A stretch of DNA of 64,000 nt. Source: Alphaproteobacteria bacterium (GTDB lineage Bacteria; Pseudomonadota; Alphaproteobacteria; Sphingomonadales; Sphingomonadaceae). How positions within the stretch are numbered: the stretch's first letter is position 1; every line of letters begins with the position of its first letter. Positions 27,527 through 37,500 of the stretch are shown here, in pieces. The DNA is taken from positions 17,912 through 81,911 of the forward strand of contig JANPKK010000055.1 in NCBI GenBank assembly GCA_031426015.1, given 5' to 3'. Both the position numbers and the translations under genes were made by a program. The notes under the pieces were generated by a model. It ran no database searches. It was given only the letters and a program-made list of their open reading frames with translations, and was not told the origin of the DNA.

Positions 27527-28003
27527 TCAGGCCTCCGGTTCCGCCGGTTCAACGTCCCAAGGTGGCGCCATCGCGGTGAGGAGGTCGACCAGCGCCGTGG
27601 TGCGTTGGGCGACCAGATCGGCGAGGGTGTAGCGTTCCAGTACCGCGAAAAACGCCGCCAGTGCTTCGTCGACAACGCCGGTCAGTCCGCATGCCGGCGC
27701 AATCGGACACGCCGGGCAATCGAGCATCGCCAGTCCCTCGGCGCCGGGCTGCGTCTCGCTGCCACGGATCACCACGCCGACATTGATCGTATCTGCCGGT
27801 CGCGCCAGCTTGACGCCGCCGTAGCGACCGCGAACCCCGGTGACATGGCCGGCCTTTCCCAGCTGATGGACGACCTTCATCAGGTGGTTTTGCGAGATGC
27901 CATAGGCCTGCGCCATTTCGGGAATGGTCGATATCCGATCGGGACGCGCCGCGAGGTACATCAGCACGCGCATCGAATAATCGGTGTAGCGAGTCAGGCG
28001 CAT
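27527..28003 (-). CDS. Rrf2-family transcriptional regulator, NsrR-like
   Basis: MRLTRYTDYSMRVLMYLA winged-helix N-terminus and a three-Cys cluster (DCPACPIAPAC). Divergent from a haemoglobin gene. Confidence 0.85.
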   Translation of the reverse strand: MRLTRYTDYSMRVLMYLAARPDRISTIPEMAQAYGISQNHLMKVVHQLGKAGHVTGVRGRYGGVKLARPADTINVGVVIRGSETQPGAEGLAMLDCPACPIAPACGLTGVVDEALAAFFAVLERYTLADLVAQRTTALVDLLTAMAPPWDVEPAEPEA

Positions 28004-28038
28004 CGAACCCTGTCGAAATCAATCATCAATACATGCCT

Positions 28039-28075
28039 AAAGATTGCATCTTTGATTGGCAAGGTATACATGTAT
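28039..28075. promoter_or_regulatory. Candidate operator palindromes in the divergent NsrR-like / haemoglobin promoter region
   Basis: aaagat-tgc-atcttt (28039-28053) and the perfect 10-bp palindrome atacatgtat (28066-28075), in an A/T-rich 85-bp intergenic region. ATTGCAT-type half-sites resemble NsrR boxes (from memory). Confidence 0.35.
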
Positions 28076-28100
28076 CGAAATTGCATGAATGGAGCGGGCG

Positions 28101-28541
28101 ATGGACGCCGATGCCATGATTACCGAGGCACAGATCGCGACGCTGATCCCGCGTTTTTACGACCGTGTCAGGGCCGATGCGCTGATTGGGCCGGTGTTCG
28201 CCGGCGCCATCGGCAACTGGCCGCCGCATCTTGAAAAGCTGATGGCTTTCTGGTCGTCGGTGATGCTGACCAGCGGTCGCTACAAGGGCAACCCGATGGC
28301 GGCGCACCTGCGGCATCTGGCGACGATCACCCCGCCGATGTTCGATCGCTGGCTGGCGCTGTGGCGGCAGGCGACCGAAGAAATGCTGCCCGGCGAGATC
28401 GCGGCCGAGCTGCAGGCCAAGGCCGAACGCATCGCGCAAAGCCTCAAGCTGGCGTTGTATTTTCGCCTGCCGCCGCGTGGCGCGCCCAGGCCGCGCGACG
28501 CGACCACGCCGCGCGACGCGACCACGCCGGCGGGCGCCTGA
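28101..28541 (+). CDS. Group III truncated haemoglobin
   Basis: IPRFYDRVRADALIGPVF ... WPPHLEKLMAFWSSVMLTSGRYKGNPMAAH ... FDRWLALW is the typical trHb III signature. ATG 28101 lies 6 nt after GGAG. The 3' end carries an 18-bp tandem duplication. Confidence 0.85.
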   Translation: MDADAMITEAQIATLIPRFYDRVRADALIGPVFAGAIGNWPPHLEKLMAFWSSVMLTSGRYKGNPMAAHLRHLATITPPMFDRWLALWRQATEEMLPGEIAAELQAKAERIAQSLKLALYFRLPPRGAPRPRDATTPRDATTPAGA

Positions 28542-28542
28542 G

Positions 28543-28842
28543 ATGGCAGCCTATCGATCGACGCCGATTTTCGACGAGACCAGCCTGCCGGCCGCGCTGC
28601 GTGCCGATCATCGTACCAAGGCCGGCGCCTGGGGGGTCATCAACGTGCTTGCCGGCACATTGCGGCTGACCATCGCCGACCCCTCCGAAGAACACCTGCT
28701 GTCACCCGGTCGGCCAGGGCTGGTGCTGCCGCTGCAGACACATTTCGTCACCCCGGTCGGTGCCATGCGGATGCGGGTCGATTTTCACGATGCCGCACCC
28801 GACATGGCACTTCTGACGGCAATCGAAGGCGAGGACGCATGA
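28543..28842 (+). CDS. DUF1971-domain protein (TehB C-terminal-like)
   Basis: ATG 28543 is 1 nt after the globin stop. YRSTPIFDETSLPAALRADHRTKAGAWGVINVLAGTLRL is a DUF1971-type motif. Confidence 0.75.
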   Translation: MAAYRSTPIFDETSLPAALRADHRTKAGAWGVINVLAGTLRLTIADPSEEHLLSPGRPGLVLPLQTHFVTPVGAMRMRVDFHDAAPDMALLTAIEGEDA

Positions 28843-29126
28843 CGATTTCAAACGATGATGCCCGCACGCGCAAGGCTCGCACCAGCTTCTGGCGATTGAT
28901 CGTTTATCTGGGCATTGCCGGGGTCGCGATGGTGGTGGCGGCGCTCTATTATCTGTCGTTGTACGGCCCGCTCACACCGACGCTTGTGCTGACCACCGGC
29001 GTCGGGGTGTTCGTTTCGATCCTGCTCGGCGGTGGCCTGATGGCAGCGGGTTTCCTGAGTTCGAACAGCGGCCATGACGAGCGCGCCGCGGCCGCCACCG
29101 CGGCAGTGCCCCCCGTCGTCGAATAG
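28839..29126 (+). CDS. Small membrane protein
   Basis: ATGA overlap with the preceding gene. Two hydrophobic helices. 95 aa. Confidence 0.55.
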   Translation: MTISNDDARTRKARTSFWRLIVYLGIAGVAMVVAALYYLSLYGPLTPTLVLTTGVGVFVSILLGGGLMAAGFLSSNSGHDERAAAATAAVPPVVE

Positions 29127-29138
29127 CCGCACCGGGTG

Positions 29139-29603
29139 ATGGATGACTTCATCCTGGCGCGCGCTGTCCATGTCATTGCGGTGCTGTTGTGGATGGGCGG
29201 CGTTGCCTTTGTCACGCTGGCCCTGATGCCGGTGATCGGCGCCGACCAGCCACCCGCGGCCCGGATCGCGGCCTTCCATGCGATCGAGCGGCGGTTTTCG
29301 GCGCAGGCAAAGCTGTGGGTGCTGATCGCCGGGGCCAGCGGTTTCTGGATGGTCTGGCGCACCGACATGTGGAGCCGCTTTGCCGAGCCGCGTCTGTGGT
29401 GGATGCACGCGATGGTCGGGCTGTGGCTGGTGTTCATGCTGATGCTGTTCGTGCTGGAACCGCTGGTCCTGCACCGTGCCATGGCGGCACCGGATCCGCA
29501 GGGGCGCTCGTTCGCCCGGATGGAGCGCGTGCATCGCCTGCTGCTCCTGCTCGGTCTGATCACGCTGTTCGGCGCTGTCGCCGGTAGCCATGGCATGGCC
29601 TGA
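29139..29603 (+). CDS. Four-TM membrane protein of unknown function
   Basis: MDDFILARAVHVIAVLLWMGGVAFV... with four hydrophobic helices. Same strand and operon-like spacing with the globin cluster. Confidence 0.6.
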   Translation: MDDFILARAVHVIAVLLWMGGVAFVTLALMPVIGADQPPAARIAAFHAIERRFSAQAKLWVLIAGASGFWMVWRTDMWSRFAEPRLWWMHAMVGLWLVFMLMLFVLEPLVLHRAMAAPDPQGRSFARMERVHRLLLLLGLITLFGAVAGSHGMA

Positions 29604-29624
29604 ACAGCCTTTGCGCGGCGGGGC

Positions 29625-30290
29625 TTATCCGGCGTTGCGCCGCCTTGCCGAATGACGCCGCACACTTTCGAACAGGCGGTCGAGATCGTCGCGGCCGATG
29701 TCGAACGTCTCGCCCAGCTCGGCGAGCGCGGCGTCGAGGTCCTCCGGATGCGGCTCCGCTGCAATCGGTGGCGCCACCGGCCGATGCGGGTAGGAATGGC
29801 GCGTCAGCCGGTGAAACAGGATGCCCGTGACGGCAAGGAGCACCGCGTTGATGCCGACGGGCACGATCGGGAACAGCCAGCCGGCCGACGCTACCGCCGG
29901 GCCGCCGATGACCGCGGTGAGGGCCGCTGCGCCGCCGGGCGGATGCAGGCAGCGCAGCAGCGACATCACCAGGATGGCGCCGCCCACGGCCACGCCCGCG
30001 GCGAGTGCCGGTGATGACACCAGGCTGGCCGCCAGCACGCCGACGAAGGCCGAGATGACATTGCCGCCGACCACCGGCCATGGTTGCGCGAGGGGACTGG
30101 CGGGCACGGCGAAGACGAGGACGGCGCTCGCGCCCATCGGCGCCACCAGCAGCAAGGCGAGCGGCCCGCTGCCGAGCACGCAGGTCGTTATCAGGGTGGT
30201 CGCGATGATCCCGATAACCGCGCCTGCCGATGCAACGACCCGATCGCCCAGGGTGGCACCGGCAAGCAGGGGGACAAAAAAGGTGCGCAT
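29625..30290 (-). CDS. HPP-family membrane protein
   Basis: Signature CLHPPGGAAALTAV within a polytopic N-terminal domain. 221 aa. Confidence 0.8.
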   Translation of the reverse strand: MRTFFVPLLAGATLGDRVVASAGAVIGIIATTLITTCVLGSGPLALLLVAPMGASAVLVFAVPASPLAQPWPVVGGNVISAFVGVLAASLVSSPALAAGVAVGGAILVMSLLRCLHPPGGAAALTAVIGGPAVASAGWLFPIVPVGINAVLLAVTGILFHRLTRHSYPHRPVAPPIAAEPHPEDLDAALAELGETFDIGRDDLDRLFESVRRHSARRRNAG

Positions 30291-30404
30291 CTGGAGATCC
30301 GGATTTTCAGACCCCGAGCTTTACCGGTGTTCGGCGCGCACGCGAGACAGAAAATCGATGCACCACGACAGTTCGGCATTGGCGATGGGATGGCTGGGGC
30401 TGCG

Positions 30405-33400
30405 CTAGAACTCGATCGCCTCGGCAAAGACGATGCGATCGATGGTCGGCCCCGGCAGGCGTGGTTCGGGGCTGGTGTCATAGGTTTCATATTCGGTGAT
30501 CAACAGCCGCAACCGTTCGCCTTCGGCGCGCAATGGCAGGAAGATGCTGGTTTCGAACAGCAGCGGCGGCCGGACCAGTTCGAGCAACCCCGGATCGGCG
30601 AACAGCTCGCCGAAGCGGCCGCTGGCCACCAGGCCTTCCGCTTCGACGAAGCGCGCCCGGCCGATGGCATCGAGGCTGCGCAAGCGTTGCAAGCGCTGGA
30701 TCGGCGCCACCCGGCGCGACCGGATGCCATTGCCGATCCCGCCCAGCGGCGGCAGTGGCGGCACGCCTTCGTCGGTCTTGATCCAGCCGAGATCGGGGTC
30801 GGCACCCACGGGCAGGCGCTGCAGTTCGACGCGAAAATTGGTGGCATCGGGCAGCCCTTGCGATTCCGTCGGGCCGACGCCGTGGACGGCGATGATACGC
30901 TGGCCGGCGTTCGCCCCCGGCGTGGTGACCACCAGCCGGTCATTGGTCAGCTGCGCGAAATCCGCCAGCACGGCGGCCGACAGGTGCAGCCCCGAAACCG
31001 ATGCCGGCTGGAACCGCGCCAGCGCCAGGCGAATGAAGGGCATGTAGCTGTCGTGCGGATTGACGACGATATCGGCGTACCAGAGCTTGCGGCTCGCATC
31101 ATAGCCGACCGCGTGCGGCACGATATCGAGCTCGGTCGTGGCGGGCGCGCCGCGCGGCCGGTACGGGCCTGTGGCAAACCCGGGCAGCGCCACGCCATCG
31201 GGAGACGGATCGACCGGTCCAAAAGCCTCGCCCTCGGGTGCGATGGCGTATTTCAACGTCTGGCCGGCGCGTACCCGCAGCGGGAAATCGCTCGCCTTGG
31301 GTGCCACCGTGTCGATGTTGCCGTTCAGCCAGATCGGATCGGCGCCCCACATCGTCACATAGTTCTTGTCGGCGTTTTCCTGCGGGTCGGCCGGGCCGCG
31401 CGGCAGGCAGACCGCCAGCATCTCGTTGCTGCCGGTGGCGAACCACGGCCGATCGAGATAGACGCGCAAGCCGCCGCCGCGGCGCCAGCTTTGCTGTTTG
31501 GCGCTGCCCTGGCCGCTGCGGTTCCAGCCGAAGGTCGGGATGATGTAGCGGATCGATGGCGCCGGCGGGGCGGTCGCGCTGGGCACCCAGATCGCCTGGC
31601 GGTCGGACTGTACGGTGATCTGCGGCGGATCGATGCGCACGGCTTCGGGCAGATACTCGCGAAAACGCGTCGTCGCGGTGGCGACATAGCCGACGCGGCG
31701 GGCGCGGGTATCGGCAAACACATGATCGCCGCCCAATGAGGCAAGGCTTGGATCGAGCCGGAACGGCTTGTGGTCGAAGGCATGGCCGCTGACCTGGCGC
31801 ACCACCGGGCCCGAAGGCGCGCTGTCGTCGATCTCGATCCAGTCACCATCGATATCGATGCGCGCCGTCGATTTGGGGTGGAGGGGGGTGCGAAAGCCTA
31901 GTTGCGCCGCCACCGCCCCGGATGCCCGCTGCGCGAAGATCGTCGCGACCTGTGGCGTCACCAGCGGCTTTTGCACCGCATGGACAAGCTCGACCATGCG
32001 GTTCGGCGTGAACATCCAGTGCTGCCCGGCCATGACCCGGCGCTCGATCTTCTTCCAGCCCTCGAGGCCGTGCTCGCGGATGACGAGCTCCTTCATCTTC
32101 ATCAGCTCGATGGCCGCATCGGGCATCACCGCGCTGATGAACAGCCGGGCGCGTTCGGCCTTGGCGAGCGGCACCACGAAGCGCCGGCGATCGGGGTCCC
32201 AGCCGGGGTCGCCGGTTTCGCGCGCGGCGATGGCGAAACTGTCGTCCTTCAGCCAGTCGAGCGGCGCCTGCGGGTCCCACTTGTCACCATAGAAGGGCAC
32301 GAAATGCAGGTCGTTCCACACCGGATCGGACAGGCCGGTAACGCGAATGGCGGCGCCGCCGGCAATCGGATCGGGCGGATAGGGCGTGGCGCCATGTTCG
32401 GGGGACCGGGTGAAGGCAGTTTCGACATCGGGCAGCGACATGGGCTCCGGATCGCCGGGCTCGGGCGGTGGCTGCCATGGCCGCGTCAGCGCGATATCCT
32501 CCTTGAACGCCGCGTCGCGCTCGACGAGCGTGTCGTACAGGTCGGCGCGCGGCGTGCCTTGCGGCGAGTCGATGACGCCATGCAATTCGGCGAAGCGATG
32601 CCCGACCCGCGCCGGATGGACGTTGCGGCGGACGATCGTGGTCGATTCATGGGGCGCCAGCATCGATCGCAGCGCGGCGCGCGGCATCGATTCGCCCTCC
32701 GCCGGTGCCGGGTCGCCATCGATCACGGTCAGCACCGGGGTTTCCAGCGGTTCATAGCGGCCGAACTGCACGCCGGCGGACGCGACGCCCGGCAAATCGA
32801 TATCGCGGCGGGTGAAGCGCGGGCCGCCGCCGGCCAGATCGACACTGCGCAGCCGCACCTGATAGACATGGCCGAAGCGCAGCACCGGCAACGATTTCGG
32901 CTGGGCGCGGAATTCGGTGGCGAGCGGCAGGCCGGGCGGCACGGTATTGGGCGCGTCGCCGGGTTCCTCCTTCATCGGCACATCGTCGGTTTCGGCATAG
33001 TCGGGCAGCATCGTGCGCCCCGGTGGCGGCGCGGCAAGGCTCCAGCCGGTCCAGCCGAACAGCGCCTCGCTGGCCTTGAGGATGTTCTTCGTCGCCGCAC
33101 TGGCATTGTCGTCGGCGGTCTCGGCCGCCGCGAGGCGGGCAATCGCTTCCTCGTCGCTGGTCCGCACCTCGCGGCCATCGGCGACGAAGCCGTAACGGCC
33201 TTCGAAACGCATCAGCGATTGCCAGCCATTGCCGGTGCCATTGCCGTCGCGGGTGCGGTCGAGCACGTCGATGCGCCAGCCCTTGACCAGATCTTCGGCC
33301 GACAACACCACCGTCTGGCCGTTGTTCATCCGGTCGTCATGGTTGCCGGCCTTGTCGAACAGGCCGCGGATGGCGATGTCGCGCCGCGTCTGCGCGAACT

Positions 33401-34571
33401 GGATGCCGGCGGTGCGCAGCCGCGGCGCGCCGGTGCGGGCGACGGGATCCCGCGGGATCTCGTCATCGAAGCGTTCCTCGATCATGCGCGGCAATTGCGT
33501 CGCCATGTTCTTGACCGTCAGCCCGGCGCCATCGACATCGAGCTGGACCAGCGCAAAATCCTTGTCGCTGCGCAGCCAGCCTTCGACGAGCTGCTGGCCG
33601 GTGGCGCGTGACCTGAAGCCGCGATCGGAGACCCGCGCCAGGGTCTCGCAGAATGTGTCGCCGGGCGCTTCGGTGCCCTGCGGGTCCCAACGCACTTCGA
33701 CGCCGATCTGCCAGTTGCCGGGTGGCACGCGTTCGGCCGGCACCAGCAGCGGCACCACCAGCCCGGTCAGCCGTTGCAGGACCGGATGCTGGCCGACGGC
33801 GGCGGCGACGCGGTGGAAATCGAGATTCTTGCGAAATTCATCGGCCTCGGGCATCGGCACCCGCTCGACGGTCTGCCATTCGACATCCTCATTGGGGTCC
33901 AGCGGATCGGGCGCGCCGCCGACCATGCGCTTTTTCAAGTTGCCCGGCACGACCTTGGCGAGCGGCTTGTGATAGGCGGCGAGCAGCGCCAGCATCAGTG
34001 CCGGATTGTCCGCCAGCACCTTGTCGTTGTCGGTCTGGCGCAACAGGTCGAGCAGCGCGCCCAGGTTTGGCGTTTCGCGCTTGGTGCCGAACAGCGGCAA
34101 CCGCTTGAAATCCTGCACCGTCGGCAGGGCGTCGCCCGCCACCAGTGCCAGCCCGGCATAGGTGGTTTCAATCGCATCGGCGAGCGCTGCCATCGGATAG
34201 GTCAGCACGTCGCGACCGCGAAAATCGTCGAAGACGTGCGAAATGACCGGTGTGTTCTTGGGGAACAACAACTGCCACACATCGGAATCGGGGACGAAAC
34301 TGTCGTCGCTGTCGAGCGCCGGCCACGGACCAGCGCCGTCGGCAATGCGCGCCTCGATCGGGTCCGGCCCCGCGCCGAACAGCCGGAATTTGGCCGTCGC
34401 CAGCGTCGCCGGCCAGTCACGCCAGGCACCGAAATCGCCGAGCTCGCCATCGCCCGGTGACCCCATGACGAGCCGCGGCGACACGTGCAGGTCGATGCGA
34501 TAGAATTTTCGATCGCCAGTCAATCCGGCGGGGCAGGCGGTCCAGACGACCTGTTGGGTGTTGTCGGCCAT
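30405..34571 (-). CDS. Giant hypothetical protein (1388 aa), second gene of a two-gene operon
   Basis: Uninterrupted 4.2 kb ORF with host-like codon usage. ATG 34571 lies 9 nt after GGGGG and 15 nt after the upstream gene's stop. No signal peptide, TM helix, P-loop or metal-binding motif seen by eye. Confidence 0.8.
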   Translation of the reverse strand: MADNTQQVVWTACPAGLTGDRKFYRIDLHVSPRLVMGSPGDGELGDFGAWRDWPATLATAKFRLFGAGPDPIEARIADGAGPWPALDSDDSFVPDSDVWQLLFPKNTPVISHVFDDFRGRDVLTYPMAALADAIETTYAGLALVAGDALPTVQDFKRLPLFGTKRETPNLGALLDLLRQTDNDKVLADNPALMLALLAAYHKPLAKVVPGNLKKRMVGGAPDPLDPNEDVEWQTVERVPMPEADEFRKNLDFHRVAAAVGQHPVLQRLTGLVVPLLVPAERVPPGNWQIGVEVRWDPQGTEAPGDTFCETLARVSDRGFRSRATGQQLVEGWLRSDKDFALVQLDVDGAGLTVKNMATQLPRMIEERFDDEIPRDPVARTGAPRLRTAGIQFAQTRRDIAIRGLFDKAGNHDDRMNNGQTVVLSAEDLVKGWRIDVLDRTRDGNGTGNGWQSLMRFEGRYGFVADGREVRTSDEEAIARLAAAETADDNASAATKNILKASEALFGWTGWSLAAPPPGRTMLPDYAETDDVPMKEEPGDAPNTVPPGLPLATEFRAQPKSLPVLRFGHVYQVRLRSVDLAGGGPRFTRRDIDLPGVASAGVQFGRYEPLETPVLTVIDGDPAPAEGESMPRAALRSMLAPHESTTIVRRNVHPARVGHRFAELHGVIDSPQGTPRADLYDTLVERDAAFKEDIALTRPWQPPPEPGDPEPMSLPDVETAFTRSPEHGATPYPPDPIAGGAAIRVTGLSDPVWNDLHFVPFYGDKWDPQAPLDWLKDDSFAIAARETGDPGWDPDRRRFVVPLAKAERARLFISAVMPDAAIELMKMKELVIREHGLEGWKKIERRVMAGQHWMFTPNRMVELVHAVQKPLVTPQVATIFAQRASGAVAAQLGFRTPLHPKSTARIDIDGDWIEIDDSAPSGPVVRQVSGHAFDHKPFRLDPSLASLGGDHVFADTRARRVGYVATATTRFREYLPEAVRIDPPQITVQSDRQAIWVPSATAPPAPSIRYIIPTFGWNRSGQGSAKQQSWRRGGGLRVYLDRPWFATGSNEMLAVCLPRGPADPQENADKNYVTMWGADPIWLNGNIDTVAPKASDFPLRVRAGQTLKYAIAPEGEAFGPVDPSPDGVALPGFATGPYRPRGAPATTELDIVPHAVGYDASRKLWYADIVVNPHDSYMPFIRLALARFQPASVSGLHLSAAVLADFAQLTNDRLVVTTPGANAGQRIIAVHGVGPTESQGLPDATNFRVELQRLPVGADPDLGWIKTDEGVPPLPPLGGIGNGIRSRRVAPIQRLQRLRSLDAIGRARFVEAEGLVASGRFGELFADPGLLELVRPPLLFETSIFLPLRAEGERLRLLITEYETYDTSPEPRLPGPTIDRIVFAEAIEF

Positions 34572-34586
34572 GGCGTCAGACCCCCG

Positions 34587-37500
34587 TCACGCGAACGCGT
34601 CGCAATATTCGTTCCACACCGACTGGTCGGTGATGAAATCACGGAACAATGGATCGGATTCGGACCCGGCAAAGGTCTTTTCGACCTTGACCGAAACCGA
34701 CGCCGAAAAGAAAAGTATCTCGATTTCGACCGTCAGTTTCGCCTGTCCGAACAGCCGGTTCTGGCGGTGCGGGCGGCCATCGGCCTTGTCGGGCAGCGCC
34801 TTGGATTCATAGGTCAGCGACAGGTGGAAGGTCAGGCTGACGGTAATCAGGCCGAGCACCGACAGCCGGCCGCCAAGCTCGATATAGCCTTCGAATTCGA
34901 CGCCTTCGGGGCTGACCGAATAATGGAAGTAGAAGCCGCCCTTGATATAGACCGAGCCCGAGGCAACCCCGAGGTTGATGGCGATCTGCGCGCCGAATTC
35001 CAGCGCCGCCTCGATCTCGCGGACCCCGTCGGTACCGACGACGACAGCCAGAAAGCCGCCGCCACCGATCAACGAAACGGTCAGGTTGAAGGTGTTGTGA
35101 CGTTCGGCAAAGTTGAAGCGCGCGCTGGGGGCATCGCCGTTGAAGGGCAGGGTGAAGGCAGCGCCCAGCGTGATGTTCGACAGGCTGAGGATGCCGCATT
35201 GGATGGCCGGCAGCCCGAGCGAATAGCCGGCGGTGATGCCCGCCGGAGTGACCTGCAGATCGGGCGGATCGGAAAAGGCATTGGACGGGATATAGTCCTT
35301 CAGCGTGTTGATGAACTCCAGCGGCCCGCCGAACGTGACACCGGTCTGCGGGTTGAGATCGACATCGACATCGGGCTTGCGGCCACTGGTTTTGAGGAAG
35401 CGCAGGCGGTCGAAATGGATGATGATGACGCCGACGAGGTTGAGCTTGAAGTGCACCATCGTGCCTTCGATCCGGGTCAACGCCGGCTCGCCGCTACGGA
35501 ACAGCGTCGTCGTTGCGGTCAGGTCGAGGCTGCTCTGGCCGCCCTGGTTGAGCTTGAGGGCATCGACCGGGCTGTCATCGAGATTCTGGAACAGCCGGAA
35601 CGTGGTTTCGATCCGTTCCCCCAGGCCGCCGCCGGCGGGCAGTTCGACCGAGGTGAACTTGGGTGATTCAGTGCCGAGGTCGACCTCGCGCAGGATCGCG
35701 CCAAGTTCGAAGAAGCCGAGCAGCTTGGCGCCGGCAAAAAAGTCCTGGGGTCGAAACTTGCCATCGGTGACATTGCCGGTGCCCGACATGACGCCGTGGC
35801 GGCGGGACAGGGCCGATGGCACCATGCTGGGGGTCGCGACGCCGCCGACGGTGTCGCTGCCGGCGCCGCTGCTGCCGAAATCCAGTGCCGGCGGGGTGGG
35901 CAGCTTGAGGAAAAGTTCGGACTTGTTGGCGCCGCCGAAGCCATCGAGGACATAGGCCGGGTCGAAGACGACTTCGGGGGTCAGCGCCTGGCCGGTCAGG
36001 CGTTCGACGCTGGCCAGCCTGACGCGAGCCGATTCGATGACCGGCTGCTGCTGCAGCGTCGTTGCCTGGATGGTCGAAATGGCACCGGCCGGATCATGGC
36101 TGCGAAAAAACAGCGATTGCGTCGGCAAGTCGACATCCGCCGCTTCGGTGCCCTGTGCATCGGCAAAGCGCATCGTCGCGCCGTGGGTGTTGGCGGTGCG
36201 GCGCGCCACCAGGCTGTTGTAATGGTCGCGGATGGCCGGGATATACGCGCTCTGGTTGAGCACTTCGGACACGAACATCGCCGGCATCTGGAACGGCACC
36301 CGCCGGCCGGCCGCATCGGTGCCGACCAACGGGAAATTGAACAGCGCCAGGGGATTATTGTCGCGCGCCGGCCAGAATGCCATGCGCGGCGGGCGATCGA
36401 CGGTGTAGAAATCCGGCGGCAGGCTCGTCGACAGCGTGCCGCCCGGCTCGTCGAGATTGGGCGTGGTATCGAGCATCACCTCGATGGTGTCGAACGGCAT
36501 GGTGCGGCCGAGGTCGGGTTGCGGCGCGGCGTTGGGATAGGCGCGGATTTTTTCGCGCACGACGATGAAGAAGCGTTGGCGCAGAATGGCGACCCGGTCG
36601 CGCCCGGCACCGCGCCACTGGAACTTGCGTTCCGACAGCTTCACCAGCGTCGCGGCATGGCCGAACGGAAACAGGAACCCGGCATATTCGACGCGGACAT
36701 AGGAATCGCGGCCCTGCGACAGGCGATGCGTCCAGGCCAGCAGGTCGACCCCGTCGGGGCGGGTTTTCCAGCGCCGGTCGGCATCGAGCGTACCGCCGAG
36801 CGCGGTCATGATCAGCCGCTTCGAATCGACCGGGCGCGGCGTGAAGCGGCCGCCACCCGGCAGCTTTTCGTCATAGCCGGCGGTCAGCTTGACGATCATC
36901 TTGCGATCGAGGCCCGTCAGGCTGAAATTCACCGGGTCGTTGCTGGTTACGGCATAATCGGGTGACCAGAGGTAGCGCAATTGCCGCCCGGCACGCGGAT
37001 CGGCAACGGGTCCGACGGGGCCGATTTCGCCGATTTCGGCGAATTCCGGGCGTTCGAAATGCGGCCCCAGCCGCGTGTGCCACAATTCGGTGCGGCCACC
37101 GCGGACCACGGGGGCCGTCGCATGGTCGAAGCCGGCACCGGGCAGCGGCGAGGCGATCAGCCGCCACGGCATTTCGATGGCGGTGCGGTCCTTGCCCGGT
37201 GGCCGCGGCTTGAGGACGACGCCGAAAAAGCCTTCGGACAGATCGAGCATCGAGCCGATTTCAAGGCCCTCGCGCTGCAGGCCCGAGACGGCGGCGAAGG
37301 TGCTGGCGGTGCGCAAGTAAAGCTCCGCCGCACTGCGCACATCGGTCGGGTTGCCGCCCGGCGCCGAGTTGGCGAGCAACGCTTCGAGCTCGCGCTGCGC
37401 CAGCATTTCGGTGCTGCGCGGCGCCAGTTCGCGCCCGGCGGCAATGGCAGCGACCGATTGTTCGGCAATGCGTTCCGCCGCCATGTCGAGCCCGGCGAAC

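Noticed and set aside
25801-27579. 592-aa alternate-frame ORF spanning fliR and flhB, and the 235-aa antisense ORF at 25799-26506
   Set aside because: Their translations are Arg/Gly/Pro-rich nonsense. The fliR and flhB frames carry family-specific motifs, including the NPTH autocleavage site.
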